A stretch of DNA of 64,000 bases from a virus (lineage: Duplodnaviria > Caudoviricetes). The stretch covers positions 1 to 64,000 of IMG/VR virus record IMGVR_UViG_2706796350_000001; one strand, given 5' to 3'. Numbering within the stretch: the stretch's first letter is position 1; each line of letters begins with the position of its first letter. Positions 46,243-55,099 of this stretch are shown here, piece after piece. Made by a program: the position numbers and the translations under genes. Under the pieces are notes generated by a model that was not told the DNA's origin, made no database searches, and saw only the letters and a list, made by a program, of their open reading frames with translations.

Positions 46243-46431
46243 TCATCCCGGTACTTGTTCCCCCGTGCCGTATTCGTCCTTCAGAACCAACATCCCAGCC
46301 GATGCGAGAGCGGCTGCTAGTCGGAACACTGCACCGGCAGTGAGCTTCTGCGGTGGCACGTTCACGAACACGACGCCCTCACGGATTGAGATTTCACCGA
46401 TGAACTCAGAACCAGGTTCAGTAGGTTGCAT
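46243..46431 (-). CDS. hypothetical protein
   Basis: CAGGAG RBS then ATG. Confidence 0.6.
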   Translation of the reverse strand: MQPTEPGSEFIGEISIREGVVFVNVPPQKLTAGAVFRLAAALASAGMLVLKDEYGTGEQVPG

Positions 46432-46510
46432 AATTGTCTCCTGATACAGAACACCGGCCCCGCCGTTATCAGCAGAGCCGGTGTTTGTGAAGCCGGTAAA
46501 CCGGAGTCAT

Positions 46511-46978
46511 TCACTTCTTCTTGCGACCGCGAGTCTTCTTCTCGACCTTCACGAGCTGCCACGAAGCCTGAACCTCGTACTCACCCGTTGCCAGCATGCG
46601 GGAAAGAATCGACGAGACCATCGAAGGCGTGTACTTGTCCTTGCCGGTACGAGTGGTCAGCCCGTTGACCTTCTTGATTTCCTTCTCGGCCAGTGCGTTG
46701 ATTTCCGCACGGTCCGAAGCGCCGGTCACGAGGGTGGTGGCGATGATGGCCGAATCGGTGCCGACCTGGAAGCCCTCATCGGTGTACTCGATGGGATGCG
46801 GTTCGTAGGTCTGAGCCGTCTTCTTGGCGGCGGGCTTCCGAGTGGTCGCCTTGGTGGTCGTGGCCTTCTTGTTGGCCGGTGCTCGCTTTGCCGGGGTGGC
46901 CTTCCGAGCAGTGGTGGTCTTCTTGGTGGCAGGAGCCGAACGCTTACGGGGTGTCGGCTTCTTCTTCGCTGCGGCCAT
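46511..46978 (-). CDS. histone H1-like basic protein with C-terminal globular domain
   Basis: N-terminal ~55 aa rich in K/A/T/P (PAKR, PAAKK); GTGAGGA RBS. Confidence 0.75.
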   Translation of the reverse strand: MAAAKKKPTPRKRSAPATKKTTTARKATPAKRAPANKKATTTKATTRKPAAKKTAQTYEPHPIEYTDEGFQVGTDSAIIATTLVTGASDRAEINALAEKEIKKVNGLTTRTGKDKYTPSMVSSILSRMLATGEYEVQASWQLVKVEKKTRGRKKK

Positions 46979-47047
46979 GTTGTCCTCACTAGGTTTGGTG
47001 GGTTAGCAGTTCCTCGGTGTTGACGAACTGATGAACTAACGACACAG

Positions 47048-47077
47048 ACACTACACCTAAGTTGTCCACAGTGGCAA
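47048..47077 (-). promoter_or_regulatory. leftward sigma-A-like promoter for the replication operon
   Basis: TTGCCA-N18-TAGTGT on the minus strand, ~70 bp upstream of the 46978 start. Confidence 0.6.
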
Positions 47078-47089
47078 ACATGCAGCTAG

Positions 47090-47385
47090 AACCGATATTG
47101 CAAACTTACTCAACCAAGTTTTAAACCTGCATGGACTCTCTACTTATATATCTATCTTTATCTCTATAGGGGGTAAGTACTTTATTAACTTACTCGATCT
47201 ATGTAAGTACTTCTGTAATTACTCATCTACCAAAACTATAACTTATAGAACTAACGTATCTGGACTCTAAACCAGCCCTATGCAAGTCTAAACCAGTACT
47301 TTTAGGGTTGTAGCAAAGTGCTTGCAATTGCAAATAAGCCTTTGACCAGGGGTTTTAGTAACTTCAGGATCACATATAAGGGAAC
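47090..47385. other. AT-rich repeat/palindrome block, candidate replication origin or operator region
   Basis: Markedly AT-rich; GTAAGTACTT x2, TCTAAACCAG x2, palindromes CTATAACTTATAG and TTGCAATTGCAA; lies at the strand-switch point. Confidence 0.5.
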
Positions 47386-47387
47386 AG

Positions 47388-47416
47388 TTGACATCACTAT
47401 CCACATAGGGCATAAT
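47388..47416 (+). promoter_or_regulatory. rightward sigma-A promoter
   Basis: TTGACA-N17-CATAAT. Confidence 0.85.
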
Positions 47417-47421
47417 AGATC

Positions 47422-47990
47422 ATGCAAGACGTTGAAAACTAAAGCAGCGGACAGAGTAAGCGGCAACGCCCCTTCGGAAGATACGGGCCGGGCCGCAACG
47501 CGAGAGCCACTGAATATCGAAAATGGATCTAGCTGGTGAACCCAACGAGGTCTGTGCATGTACTGCGATCACCCGATACGGGGTGGCACGCGAGCTTCTG
47601 GACATAGGTAGACAGAACGCATGCATGGGCCTGCGGGGATAGATACGAGTGACAGACGTATCGACACTGCCAAAATCGCCAAGTGATGCGCGTGAGAACA
47701 GCAGTCATCCGTTTCGGAGTGGAAGTTAAAGCCTGTAGGGGCGAAGTACAACCGGAGCGACGATGACCCTTGCGGGTGTGCATGTGATGCGAGAAGTAGC
47801 GGAATCAGAAATCACGGTGCTGGTGTAGCGACAGACAGCTACCCCTCAGATCGACCGAGTGCGCAATCGTTTAGCCGAGGTTGCGGCGCATTCGGGGATA
47901 CCTAAACCATCGGCCCTACCTTATGGGTAGACCGTCCGACACTTGGCAACAACTGCCGCTGTAGTGAGCCAAGTGTCGAGGCGGTGTTCC
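47422..47990 (+). ncRNA. candidate large structured RNA or structured early leader
   Basis: Starts at the predicted TSS; no credible ORF; more than ten hairpins identified by eye. Confidence 0.5.
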
Positions 47991-48032
47991 ATGAGTCAGG
48001 AAAACCACCAACAGCAACATTAAGGAGTCACC

Positions 48033-48371
48033 ATGACTACACGTACCGCAACATTTGCACGCCGCCGCTTCACCGTCGAGAACATCGCAGGGCAGGACGT
48101 GCGCTTGCATCAGGGGTCGCCGTTCTGCGACCCGACCGGCGAAGCACCGATCGAGCTTCCGTTCGTCACTGAAAAGATCAGCGAGCGTCGATCGCACGGA
48201 ACGTGCATCGTGGACGGGTACTACTACGAGGTCAACTACTACCCGCACAACTACGCTTCCACTGGCGAGAACTGGTACGTGCTGGGCGTGGAAGACGAGC
48301 ACGGAACCGAGATTCACTACTCGGAGCACCGCACCATAGAAGACGCTAAGGCGTACGCAGCACTGATCTAG
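48033..48371 (+). CDS. hypothetical early protein
   Basis: TAAGGAG RBS. Confidence 0.75.
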   Translation: MTTRTATFARRRFTVENIAGQDVRLHQGSPFCDPTGEAPIELPFVTEKISERRSHGTCIVDGYYYEVNYYPHNYASTGENWYVLGVEDEHGTEIHYSEHRTIEDAKAYAALI

Positions 48372-48381
48372 AAAGCTCCGG

Positions 48382-48603
48382 GTGCCCAAGATGATGTCAC
48401 GAGCTGATTTTGTCAACGTCGCTAGCGTCCTGAACAAAGAGAAGCTATCCGTGAAGGCGGTAACTGCGATCGCAAACGAACTCGATCGTATCTACCCGGC
48501 GTTCGACAGAGAACGGTTTCTGGAACAAGCAATCAATCCAGAGTGTTCCCTACCCATCAAGAAACAACGATCCACGAAAGTGAGCGGTACTAAAAATGCG
48601 TAA
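48382..48603 (+). CDS. hypothetical protein
   Basis: ORF overlapping the next start; FDRERFLEQA helical motif. Confidence 0.6.
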   Translation: MPKMMSRADFVNVASVLNKEKLSVKAVTAIANELDRIYPAFDRERFLEQAINPECSLPIKKQRSTKVSGTKNA

Positions 48604-48976
48604 GTTCATCGGAGCAACGATCATCTTCGCGGGAGCGGTTACTGCCGGACTCACCGCGTGCACGCCGGATTCGACCACAGTCCAGAGCACCTACGACCCC
48701 AGCAGGGCGATCGTTTCTCCGGCACCGAACGTCGATCCCCGAACTCCCGAGCAGCGGTACCTCGACAAGCTGAGGGATGCGGGGTTGTCGATCGCAGACA
48801 ACGACCGCGCCGTCCTCCTTGGTCGCATGATCTGCCAGATGTACTCCAACGGCAACGATGACGTGACGGTACAGAACGCAATCGCCCTCATCGTCCAGAA
48901 CAGCCGGACCGCAGCAGGTCGCGGTTCCGAGATCGTCGCAATTTCCCGCAATGCATTCTGCCCGGAGGTTTACTGA
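48596..48976 (+). CDS. lipoprotein with DUF732-like domain
   Basis: Signal peptide with lipobox LTAC; EQRYLDKLRDAG...AVLLGRMIC...FCP. Confidence 0.75.
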   Translation: MRKFIGATIIFAGAVTAGLTACTPDSTTVQSTYDPSRAIVSPAPNVDPRTPEQRYLDKLRDAGLSIADNDRAVLLGRMICQMYSNGNDDVTVQNAIALIVQNSRTAAGRGSEIVAISRNAFCPEVY

Positions 48977-48978
48977 AC

Positions 48979-49254
48979 ATGGCACAGCAGCGTAACCAGA
49001 GCCAGGCGACCCGCGAAGGAACGGTGCTCGTCTATCAGGGCGACTTGTTCCGATTCTGCAACCGGGAGTGGATGTGCCTGGACAATCCGATCGGTAATTC
49101 GCTCCGGGTGCCGGGGATGAGCCGCAAACGCCGTCGCTACCGAGGCGATGACGGATCGGCCCCGCTGGACTACCAGAGCGGTTGCGTGATCGTTGCGCCG
49201 ACGATGGAGTTGTGGCGCTGGAACATCGAACGTCATGAATGGGAGAACATCTAA
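48979..49254 (+). CDS. hypothetical protein
   Basis: GGAGG RBS. Confidence 0.65.
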   Translation: MAQQRNQSQATREGTVLVYQGDLFRFCNREWMCLDNPIGNSLRVPGMSRKRRRYRGDDGSAPLDYQSGCVIVAPTMELWRWNIERHEWENI

Positions 49255-49418
49255 TGGAGCATGTTTGCCGAGACTTCCGGTTCTCACCACCGGGAAGTTT
49301 CGAGTTCGTTTACCGCTGCGTCGAATGCAACAAGGTGAAGGACTCCGATCCGTGGCCGTGCGTCGGCAACGGCAACCGGGAGGACAGCGCCGCAGGAATC
49401 CCGATTGGTCGCATGTAA
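49254..49418 (+). CDS. small Cys-containing protein (54 aa, not in the ORF track)
   Basis: ATG overlapping the previous TAA; MEHVCRDF...CVECNK...TAA at 49416. Confidence 0.5.
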   Translation: MEHVCRDFRFSPPGSFEFVYRCVECNKVKDSDPWPCVGNGNREDSAAGIPIGRM

Positions 49419-49468
49419 CCGATCATCACCAACTCACCAACAAACACCAATCAATTAGGAGAATCACA

Positions 49469-49927
49469 ATGAGCGTTCACACCACCATCGCAATGTCCAG
49501 CTTCCCGAGCACCCTGCCGGTCGGTTCGGTTCCCGAGTCCGACTGGTCGCTGCGTCGTCGCAAGGGCAACCGAGTTCGGTACCAGAACAACGTCACCGCA
49601 GTGTGGGACAGCAAGTTCTCCCTCGAACCGGGCGACGTTCTGTACCGCGAGATCGATCCCGAGCTGTACGGCGAGGTTCAGGAGGCCCCGAACAGCCGCC
49701 TGACGGACACGCTGAAGCCCGAGGTGACGGTCAAGGCGTCCAACACCGCACCGGGCGACTTCGAGGCCGACAAGGTCACCGTGGAGGTGTCCACGACGGT
49801 GCCGCTCGAAGAGCACACCCGCGACGACCTCCGCGCACTCTGCAAGCAGTTCAAGTTGACCGGCTACGGCAAGCTCAACAAGGCCGGTTTGATCGCCTTG
49901 CTGAACGAGAACGGCGTCTTGTCGTAG
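49469..49927 (+). CDS. protein with C-terminal Rho-N/HeH-like domain
   Basis: AGGAGA RBS; TRDDLRALCKQFKLTGYGKLNKAGLIALL. Confidence 0.7.
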   Translation: MSVHTTIAMSSFPSTLPVGSVPESDWSLRRRKGNRVRYQNNVTAVWDSKFSLEPGDVLYREIDPELYGEVQEAPNSRLTDTLKPEVTVKASNTAPGDFEADKVTVEVSTTVPLEEHTRDDLRALCKQFKLTGYGKLNKAGLIALLNENGVLS

Positions 49928-49978
49928 GTCGCTGATACAAACACAAACCAACCCCGCAACGAAACAGGAGAGTAAGAC

Positions 49979-51178
49979 ATGACCGCAGCACGCACCCGAG
50001 TTCGCAAGCCCGCCGTGAAGAAAGAGGTCGCAGCACCGCGCCAGGCAATCATCCCCGAGAAGTCGTTCTACGATTCGTACGTCAGTCGAGTGGTCATCGC
50101 GGGCGACAAGGCGCGGGGTAGCAAAGACCTCACCGACTTCGACATCTTCGAGCGCGCTTTCGCACGTAACGAAAACGTTCTGCTCGAAGGCCCGACCGGT
50201 TGCGCGAAGACCTCAGCGATTCTGGCTTACGCAGCCTACAAAGAGGTGCCGTTCTACGCGATCCCGTCGAACATCGGCATCGAGCCTTCGCAGTTGTTCG
50301 GCAAGTTCGTGCCCATGCCGAACGGATCGATCGAGTGGGTGGACGGCCCGGTCACGTCGATCGTTCGCAACGGAGGTGTCTTGCTGATCAATGAAGTCAA
50401 CTTCATGCCGGACCGAGTGGCAACGGTTCTGTTCGGTCTGCTGGACAAGCGTCGACAGATCACTCTGCTGGATCACAACGCCGAAGTGATCGACGCCAAC
50501 GAGGACTTGCTGATCGTCGCGGACATGAACCCCGAATACGAGGGCACGCGTCCACTGAACAAGGCGTTTCGCAACCGGTTCTCCGTCCAGATTCCGTGGG
50601 GGTACGACAACGAGGTCGAGAAGAAGTTGCTGAAGTCCAAGTCTCTGATCGACATGGCCGAAAAGCTCCGGGTCGACGCCGACAACGGCGGCTTGGAGAC
50701 GCCGTGCAGCACGAACATGCTGATGGAGTTCGAGAGCAACTACAACGACATGGGGTATGACTACGCCGCGTTCATGTTCATCTCGCACTACCAGGCCGAA
50801 GAGCGTGGAGCGGTTCGCCTGATCATGGACACCTACCGCGACAACCTGGACCGCGAGCTTGACGAGAAGGCTCGTAAGGCCGAAGAGCGTGCACGTAAGG
50901 CCGAGGAACGGAAGTTGGCAAAGCTGCGCAAGGAGCTTGAAAGCCTGATCGATCCGGTTCGCGAGGACAAGCAGCGCGTCGTGGAAGCCGACGATCCCGA
51001 GAACGAGGGGCACAAGACCTACGTTCTGGTCGACGATGAGTGGGGCATCGAGGGTCTGGACTGGGAATGGACCGACGAGGACGACGACTCCGACGACGAT
51101 GATTCGGAAGAAGAGTCGGACGACGATGTTGCGTTCGATGACGACGACGAAGACGACGAGCTGGACAACGCTTTCTGA
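49979..51178 (+). CDS. MoxR/CobS-like AAA+ ATPase
   Basis: LLEGPTGCAKT, LLINEVN, MNPEYEGTRPLNKAFRNRF; acidic tail. Confidence 0.9.
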   Translation: MTAARTRVRKPAVKKEVAAPRQAIIPEKSFYDSYVSRVVIAGDKARGSKDLTDFDIFERAFARNENVLLEGPTGCAKTSAILAYAAYKEVPFYAIPSNIGIEPSQLFGKFVPMPNGSIEWVDGPVTSIVRNGGVLLINEVNFMPDRVATVLFGLLDKRRQITLLDHNAEVIDANEDLLIVADMNPEYEGTRPLNKAFRNRFSVQIPWGYDNEVEKKLLKSKSLIDMAEKLRVDADNGGLETPCSTNMLMEFESNYNDMGYDYAAFMFISHYQAEERGAVRLIMDTYRDNLDRELDEKARKAEERARKAEERKLAKLRKELESLIDPVREDKQRVVEADDPENEGHKTYVLVDDEWGIEGLDWEWTDEDDDSDDDDSEEESDDDVAFDDDDEDDELDNAF

Positions 51179-51220
51179 GTCTTAGCCAGCATCGCAAACC
51201 AAACCTGAAAGGAGCGTGAC

Positions 51221-53134
51221 ATGAAGATCACCAAACGATCGATGATGCTGACGAAAGAAGAGGAGAACACGGTTCGCCTTACCCAACTCGGGCAGGTCTT
51301 CGCCACCGCAGACTCCGCACTTGCCGGACGACGCGTGTCAGTGAAGATCGTCCCCGAGGCGGATCAGACGTACGGCGACGGCACTCCGGCGTACACGGTC
51401 AACGGCACGCATGTGACGATCAACGAGCTTCCCGGTCATCCCGACTTTCTGAGCACGTCGGGTCTGGTGGTGGCAAACGGTCTGAACTATCACGAGCTTT
51501 GCCATGTTCTGTACACGCCGGGGCACAAGACCCAACTCGCGCAGAAGGTCGTTCAGACCGGAGGCATGGCGGCAGCCCAGGCGTACAACCTCCTGGAAGA
51601 TCAGCGCATCGAAGGGATCATGACGACTCGGTTCACCACCACCAAGCACTACCTCACGGCGACGGTGGCCGAGTATTTCCTGAACGTCAACTGGCAAGCA
51701 CGCGGTCGCAATAACCTGGAAGAGTGCTTGGCGGAATCGTGGCCGATCGTTTACGGTCGCCGCTACCTCCCCCAGCACATGCGCGATCACTTCCGCACGG
51801 TAGCGAACGATCCGGCTTATCGTAACTGGACAGTCGCGAACCTCCGTCGCATGGAAGCAATCATCGACGAGTACGTCAAGATTCGCTTCGGCAAGATCAT
51901 GAACGTGATGACGCTCAACCACGCGCACAGCTTGATCGTGGAGTTCACAGACCTGCTGTCCAAGGGCAAGCGCAAGAACGATCCCGACTCGACCAGCAAC
52001 GGTCTGCCTAACCCTTTCGCTCATCCCAAGGCAGTCGACGGCGGAAGCTCCGGGTGTGCAGACGCCGGAATGGCCGGTGCCGAGGGCCAGAGCAAGAAGG
52101 GCGATACCCCGGCCAAGAGTGATGGCGGCGGTAAGGGCGTCGATGACGGATCGGATACCGGCTCGGGTGATGGTTCGGATTCGCCGGATGAGGGAGCGGG
52201 CAACGGTTCTAGCGCTGGTGATGGCAGCAGTGGACCGGGAGGGCCGGACACGATCGGCGCTTTGCGTAAGGCACTGAACGGTGCCATGCAGGACGCCGAG
52301 GTTGTGGCGAACACCGCGCAGCAGAACCGAACCCTCAACAGCAAGGGTGACAAGTTCAATGGTGTGTTGGCGAGCACGAACTACACCAATCACAAGTCGT
52401 ACCCCGAGTACTCGCAGCAGGCTGGTGCATTCCGCAAGCAGCTTTCCCGTATCTCGGAAGACGCTGATCCCGGTTTCGACCGAGGTCACGATTCGGGTCG
52501 ACTGAACATCATGCGAGCTGTTCGTGGTGATTCGATCGATACCGTTTTCGACTTGTGGAAAGAGGGAAAGCAGGACGCGTCAAGCATCGAGCTGGTCGTG
52601 TTGTTGGATCGTTCGTATTCGATGTCGCAACTGATGGCTCAGGCGTGTCAGGCCGCATGGTCGATCAAGTACGGCATCGACGGTCTGGGAGGTGACGCCC
52701 GTTGTTCGGTGATCACCTTCGGGAGCCAGGCGTCATACCTGTACCGGCCTAATGATGTGGCAACCTCACAGCCGCGTCACGTGTCGTCCAACGGTGGCAC
52801 CACGGTCGAACCGGCAGCGATGGAGGCGTTGCGGATCATGGCCCGAAGCGAGCGGAAGAAGAAGATTCTGATTTCCGTATCGGACGGAGGGTGGGATGAC
52901 CGGGAAGAAGCAACCGAGGTCATCAAGCGAATGCGAGCGGGTGGAGTCACCACTGCGGCGTTGTTCTTGCAGGACGACACCACTGCTCGATTCATCAAGG
53001 GTATGGACAGCGGGAGCCGGAAGGACTACCTCGACGTGATGCGCAACGAACACGAGATGTTCGTCCTTGGTGATTCGCCGAACTCCATCACCATGCTTGG
53101 CAAGAGCCTGGTGAAGGCAGCAATGCGTCGGTGA
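51221..53134 (+). CDS. vWA-domain protein with N-terminal HExxH metallopeptidase-like domain (CobT-like)
   Basis: YHELCHVL, LLEDQRIE; MIDAS motif LLDRSYSM..GGT..SDG. Confidence 0.85.
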   Translation: MKITKRSMMLTKEEENTVRLTQLGQVFATADSALAGRRVSVKIVPEADQTYGDGTPAYTVNGTHVTINELPGHPDFLSTSGLVVANGLNYHELCHVLYTPGHKTQLAQKVVQTGGMAAAQAYNLLEDQRIEGIMTTRFTTTKHYLTATVAEYFLNVNWQARGRNNLEECLAESWPIVYGRRYLPQHMRDHFRTVANDPAYRNWTVANLRRMEAIIDEYVKIRFGKIMNVMTLNHAHSLIVEFTDLLSKGKRKNDPDSTSNGLPNPFAHPKAVDGGSSGCADAGMAGAEGQSKKGDTPAKSDGGGKGVDDGSDTGSGDGSDSPDEGAGNGSSAGDGSSGPGGPDTIGALRKALNGAMQDAEVVANTAQQNRTLNSKGDKFNGVLASTNYTNHKSYPEYSQQAGAFRKQLSRISEDADPGFDRGHDSGRLNIMRAVRGDSIDTVFDLWKEGKQDASSIELVVLLDRSYSMSQLMAQACQAAWSIKYGIDGLGGDARCSVITFGSQASYLYRPNDVATSQPRHVSSNGGTTVEPAAMEALRIMARSERKKKILISVSDGGWDDREEATEVIKRMRAGGVTTAALFLQDDTTARFIKGMDSGSRKDYLDVMRNEHEMFVLGDSPNSITMLGKSLVKAAMRR

Positions 53135-53273
53135 CCCCGGCGCTCCGGGTGGTCGTACTTGCGGTAACGACCTGAGATTGCGCGCTAAGCAGGTATTGGG
53201 CGCGAACGTATCCGCTCAGTCTCAGGTGACCACCATTACCGGAACTACGAAACAGAGAAAGGTAGCGCCCGTC

Positions 53274-53819
53274 ATGGGTATGGAAAACAACAGACTCGCA
53301 GCCGACATCAGCGACTTGATCGACAAGGGTGAGTTCAACAGTCGTCAGTTGTCGCTGATCGAAGTTGCGTGCCGTAAGGAGCGTTCTCGTATCGGTCCGC
53401 ATGGGCGATTCGGGACGGAGCCGGAAGGTCGCAAGCACAAGCGTTTGCGGCGTCGCACACCGGAAGACGTTTCGGCGGAGTTGGCTGAACGCTTTGGTAA
53501 AGCGGCACCGGACGAGAAGCTGGACGTCAATGTCCCGGCGCAGGCAAGCTCAGGTTACTGCCTGACGACGTTGGACAGAAGGCCGAACGTGGCGAACATC
53601 GAGCACAACGGCAAGTACTACTACACGCACGAACTGAAACGTGAGTTCGTAAACAAGATATTCGTCACCACGATGATTCCCCGGCTGAGTCGTCTTCAGT
53701 GCCGAGTTTCCAAAGTCAACCGCACTCGTGCGGTGATTGAGGTCGAGGGCCATGCCCGCGATTACACCATCCCTCTGCGAATCATCATCGCTATCTACTT
53801 GAATGGAGAGTTCCTGTGA
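53274..53819 (+). CDS. hypothetical protein
   Basis: GAAAGG RBS; in-frame ATG within ORF 53178..53819. Confidence 0.65.
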   Translation: MGMENNRLAADISDLIDKGEFNSRQLSLIEVACRKERSRIGPHGRFGTEPEGRKHKRLRRRTPEDVSAELAERFGKAAPDEKLDVNVPAQASSGYCLTTLDRRPNVANIEHNGKYYYTHELKREFVNKIFVTTMIPRLSRLQCRVSKVNRTRAVIEVEGHARDYTIPLRIIIAIYLNGEFL

Positions 53820-54250
53820 GCACCGCACCCGAGAAGAAGACGAAGAAGGTCACCATGCGGAAGCGCCGCAGCGATTCGCCGGAGGAAAACCTTCGCCGTA
53901 TTGCCGCGTTGCGTAAGCGGCAGGACGAGATCGGCGCACAGATCAAAGAGCGCCAGGACGAGTTGCTGAAGCAATTGGAGACCAGCGAACTCGACAAGCT
54001 CATCTTCAAGGACGAAGAGGATGGTGTCACGATCACGGGAACTGTCGTGCGGTCGGAGACAGTCAGCATGGACGAAGAAGCGCTGAAGAAGAAGGTCGGC
54101 GCGAGCACGTGGAAGAAGATCACGTCGCTGGTTCTGGACAAGAAGAAGCTCGACATCGCCATGTCGTCCGGCGACGTGTCACTGACCGATGTCGCGGCGG
54201 TGAGCACGACTACGCCGCGTTCACCGTACATCCGAGTCACGGTTAAGTGA
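53816..54250 (+). CDS. coiled-coil hypothetical protein
   Basis: Coupled GTG start; heptad-like N-terminal half. Confidence 0.7.
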   Translation: MSTAPEKKTKKVTMRKRRSDSPEENLRRIAALRKRQDEIGAQIKERQDELLKQLETSELDKLIFKDEEDGVTITGTVVRSETVSMDEEALKKKVGASTWKKITSLVLDKKKLDIAMSSGDVSLTDVAAVSTTTPRSPYIRVTVK

Positions 54251-54262
54251 AGGGTTTGAGAG

Positions 54263-54556
54263 ATGCCTGAAGACATTATCGACCAGATCGACGTTCGCTT
54301 CGAGCATTGCCGTATCTACGGTCACATGTGGGACTCGATGACGATCACGTTCTTGGAAGGTCGCCAGTACCTCGATCACCTTCGTTGCGAACGGTGCGGG
54401 ACTGAACGGCGAGACAAGGTGAACTTGTTGAACGGGTTGACTGTGAGTCGGGCGTACACCTACACGGTCGGCTACAAACTCAAGAACGGCGGGTGGGACG
54501 CGGCAGCGCGTGGCCGTCTGCGGATGCGAGCGTACGAGAAGAGGACGGCGCTATGA
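54263..54556 (+). CDS. Zn-binding hypothetical protein
   Basis: CRIYGH...CERC. Confidence 0.7.
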   Translation: MPEDIIDQIDVRFEHCRIYGHMWDSMTITFLEGRQYLDHLRCERCGTERRDKVNLLNGLTVSRAYTYTVGYKLKNGGWDAAARGRLRMRAYEKRTAL

Positions 54557-54771
54557 CCGACACGATGCACACCGTACGGATGGGGACTCTGAATCGGTTC
54601 AACGGACCGTGCCTTTACAGTTTCCCCACGCGGAAGGCAGCAGTGAGGTTCGCAACGACGCATGCACAAATCGCTCCGGGTCGCGTCGTCATCGTGAAAG
54701 ACCCGAGCGGAAGAATCATCAAGCGATTCGGCAAACGCCGGTCACTCGCACCGAAGGGAAAGGTCGCGTGA
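54553..54771 (+). CDS. hypothetical protein
   Basis: GAGGA RBS; coupled start. Confidence 0.6.
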   Translation: MTDTMHTVRMGTLNRFNGPCLYSFPTRKAAVRFATTHAQIAPGRVVIVKDPSGRIIKRFGKRRSLAPKGKVA

Positions 54772-54878
54772 ATGCAGTAGGAGCAGTTCTTGGGCTAGTG
54801 ATTGTCCTGTGCCTCGTTGCACTCGCAGTTACCGGCACAGTGTGGTGCATTGCCAAGATCATCAAGAGCTTACGATGA
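54768..54878 (+). CDS. small single-TM protein
   Basis: Coupled GTG; hydrophobic 36 aa. Confidence 0.55.
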   Translation: MNAVGAVLGLVIVLCLVALAVTGTVWCIAKIIKSLR

Positions 54879-55099
54879 TTCTGCTGTACCTGATTCTGAG
54901 GGACATGCTGAAGCTGTCCCTGTACGTGTTGGAAGGATTGGTCAAACTCTTCATGTGGGTTTGCCTAGTTCTCTATCGCGGTATAGAACTCGCCGTTACA
55001 GCATATGTCGAACGAAAGGATGCGAACGATGGCACTCACGAAGAAGGCACCTATCAAGAAGGTGCGGCGCAGCAAGCCCGTTACTCAGATCGACGATAA
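54875..55099 (+). CDS. small membrane protein
   Basis: Coupled ATG; hydrophobic N-terminal half. Confidence 0.5.
   Translation: MILLYLILRDMLKLSLYVLEGLVKLFMWVCLVLYRGIELAVTAYVERKDANDGTHEEGTYQEGAAQQARYSDRR

Noticed and set aside
46092-46246. Small ORF (MNGYRR..., 31 aa) or stop read-through downstream of 46243..46431 on the minus strand
   Set aside because: Short, no motif and no independent support; cannot be distinguished from a chance ORF.
47422-47990. Group I or II intron, or RNase P RNA
   Set aside because: No P7/R-S core, domain V or GAGGAAAGTCC signature was recognised by eye, and there is no interrupted gene. An Infernal search is still needed.
47700-48012. tmRNA or tRNA, suggested by GGGGC at ~47738 and ACCACCA at ~48004
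   Set aside because: No T-arm GTTCGA consensus before the CCA, no acceptor-stem pairing and no tag reading frame found.
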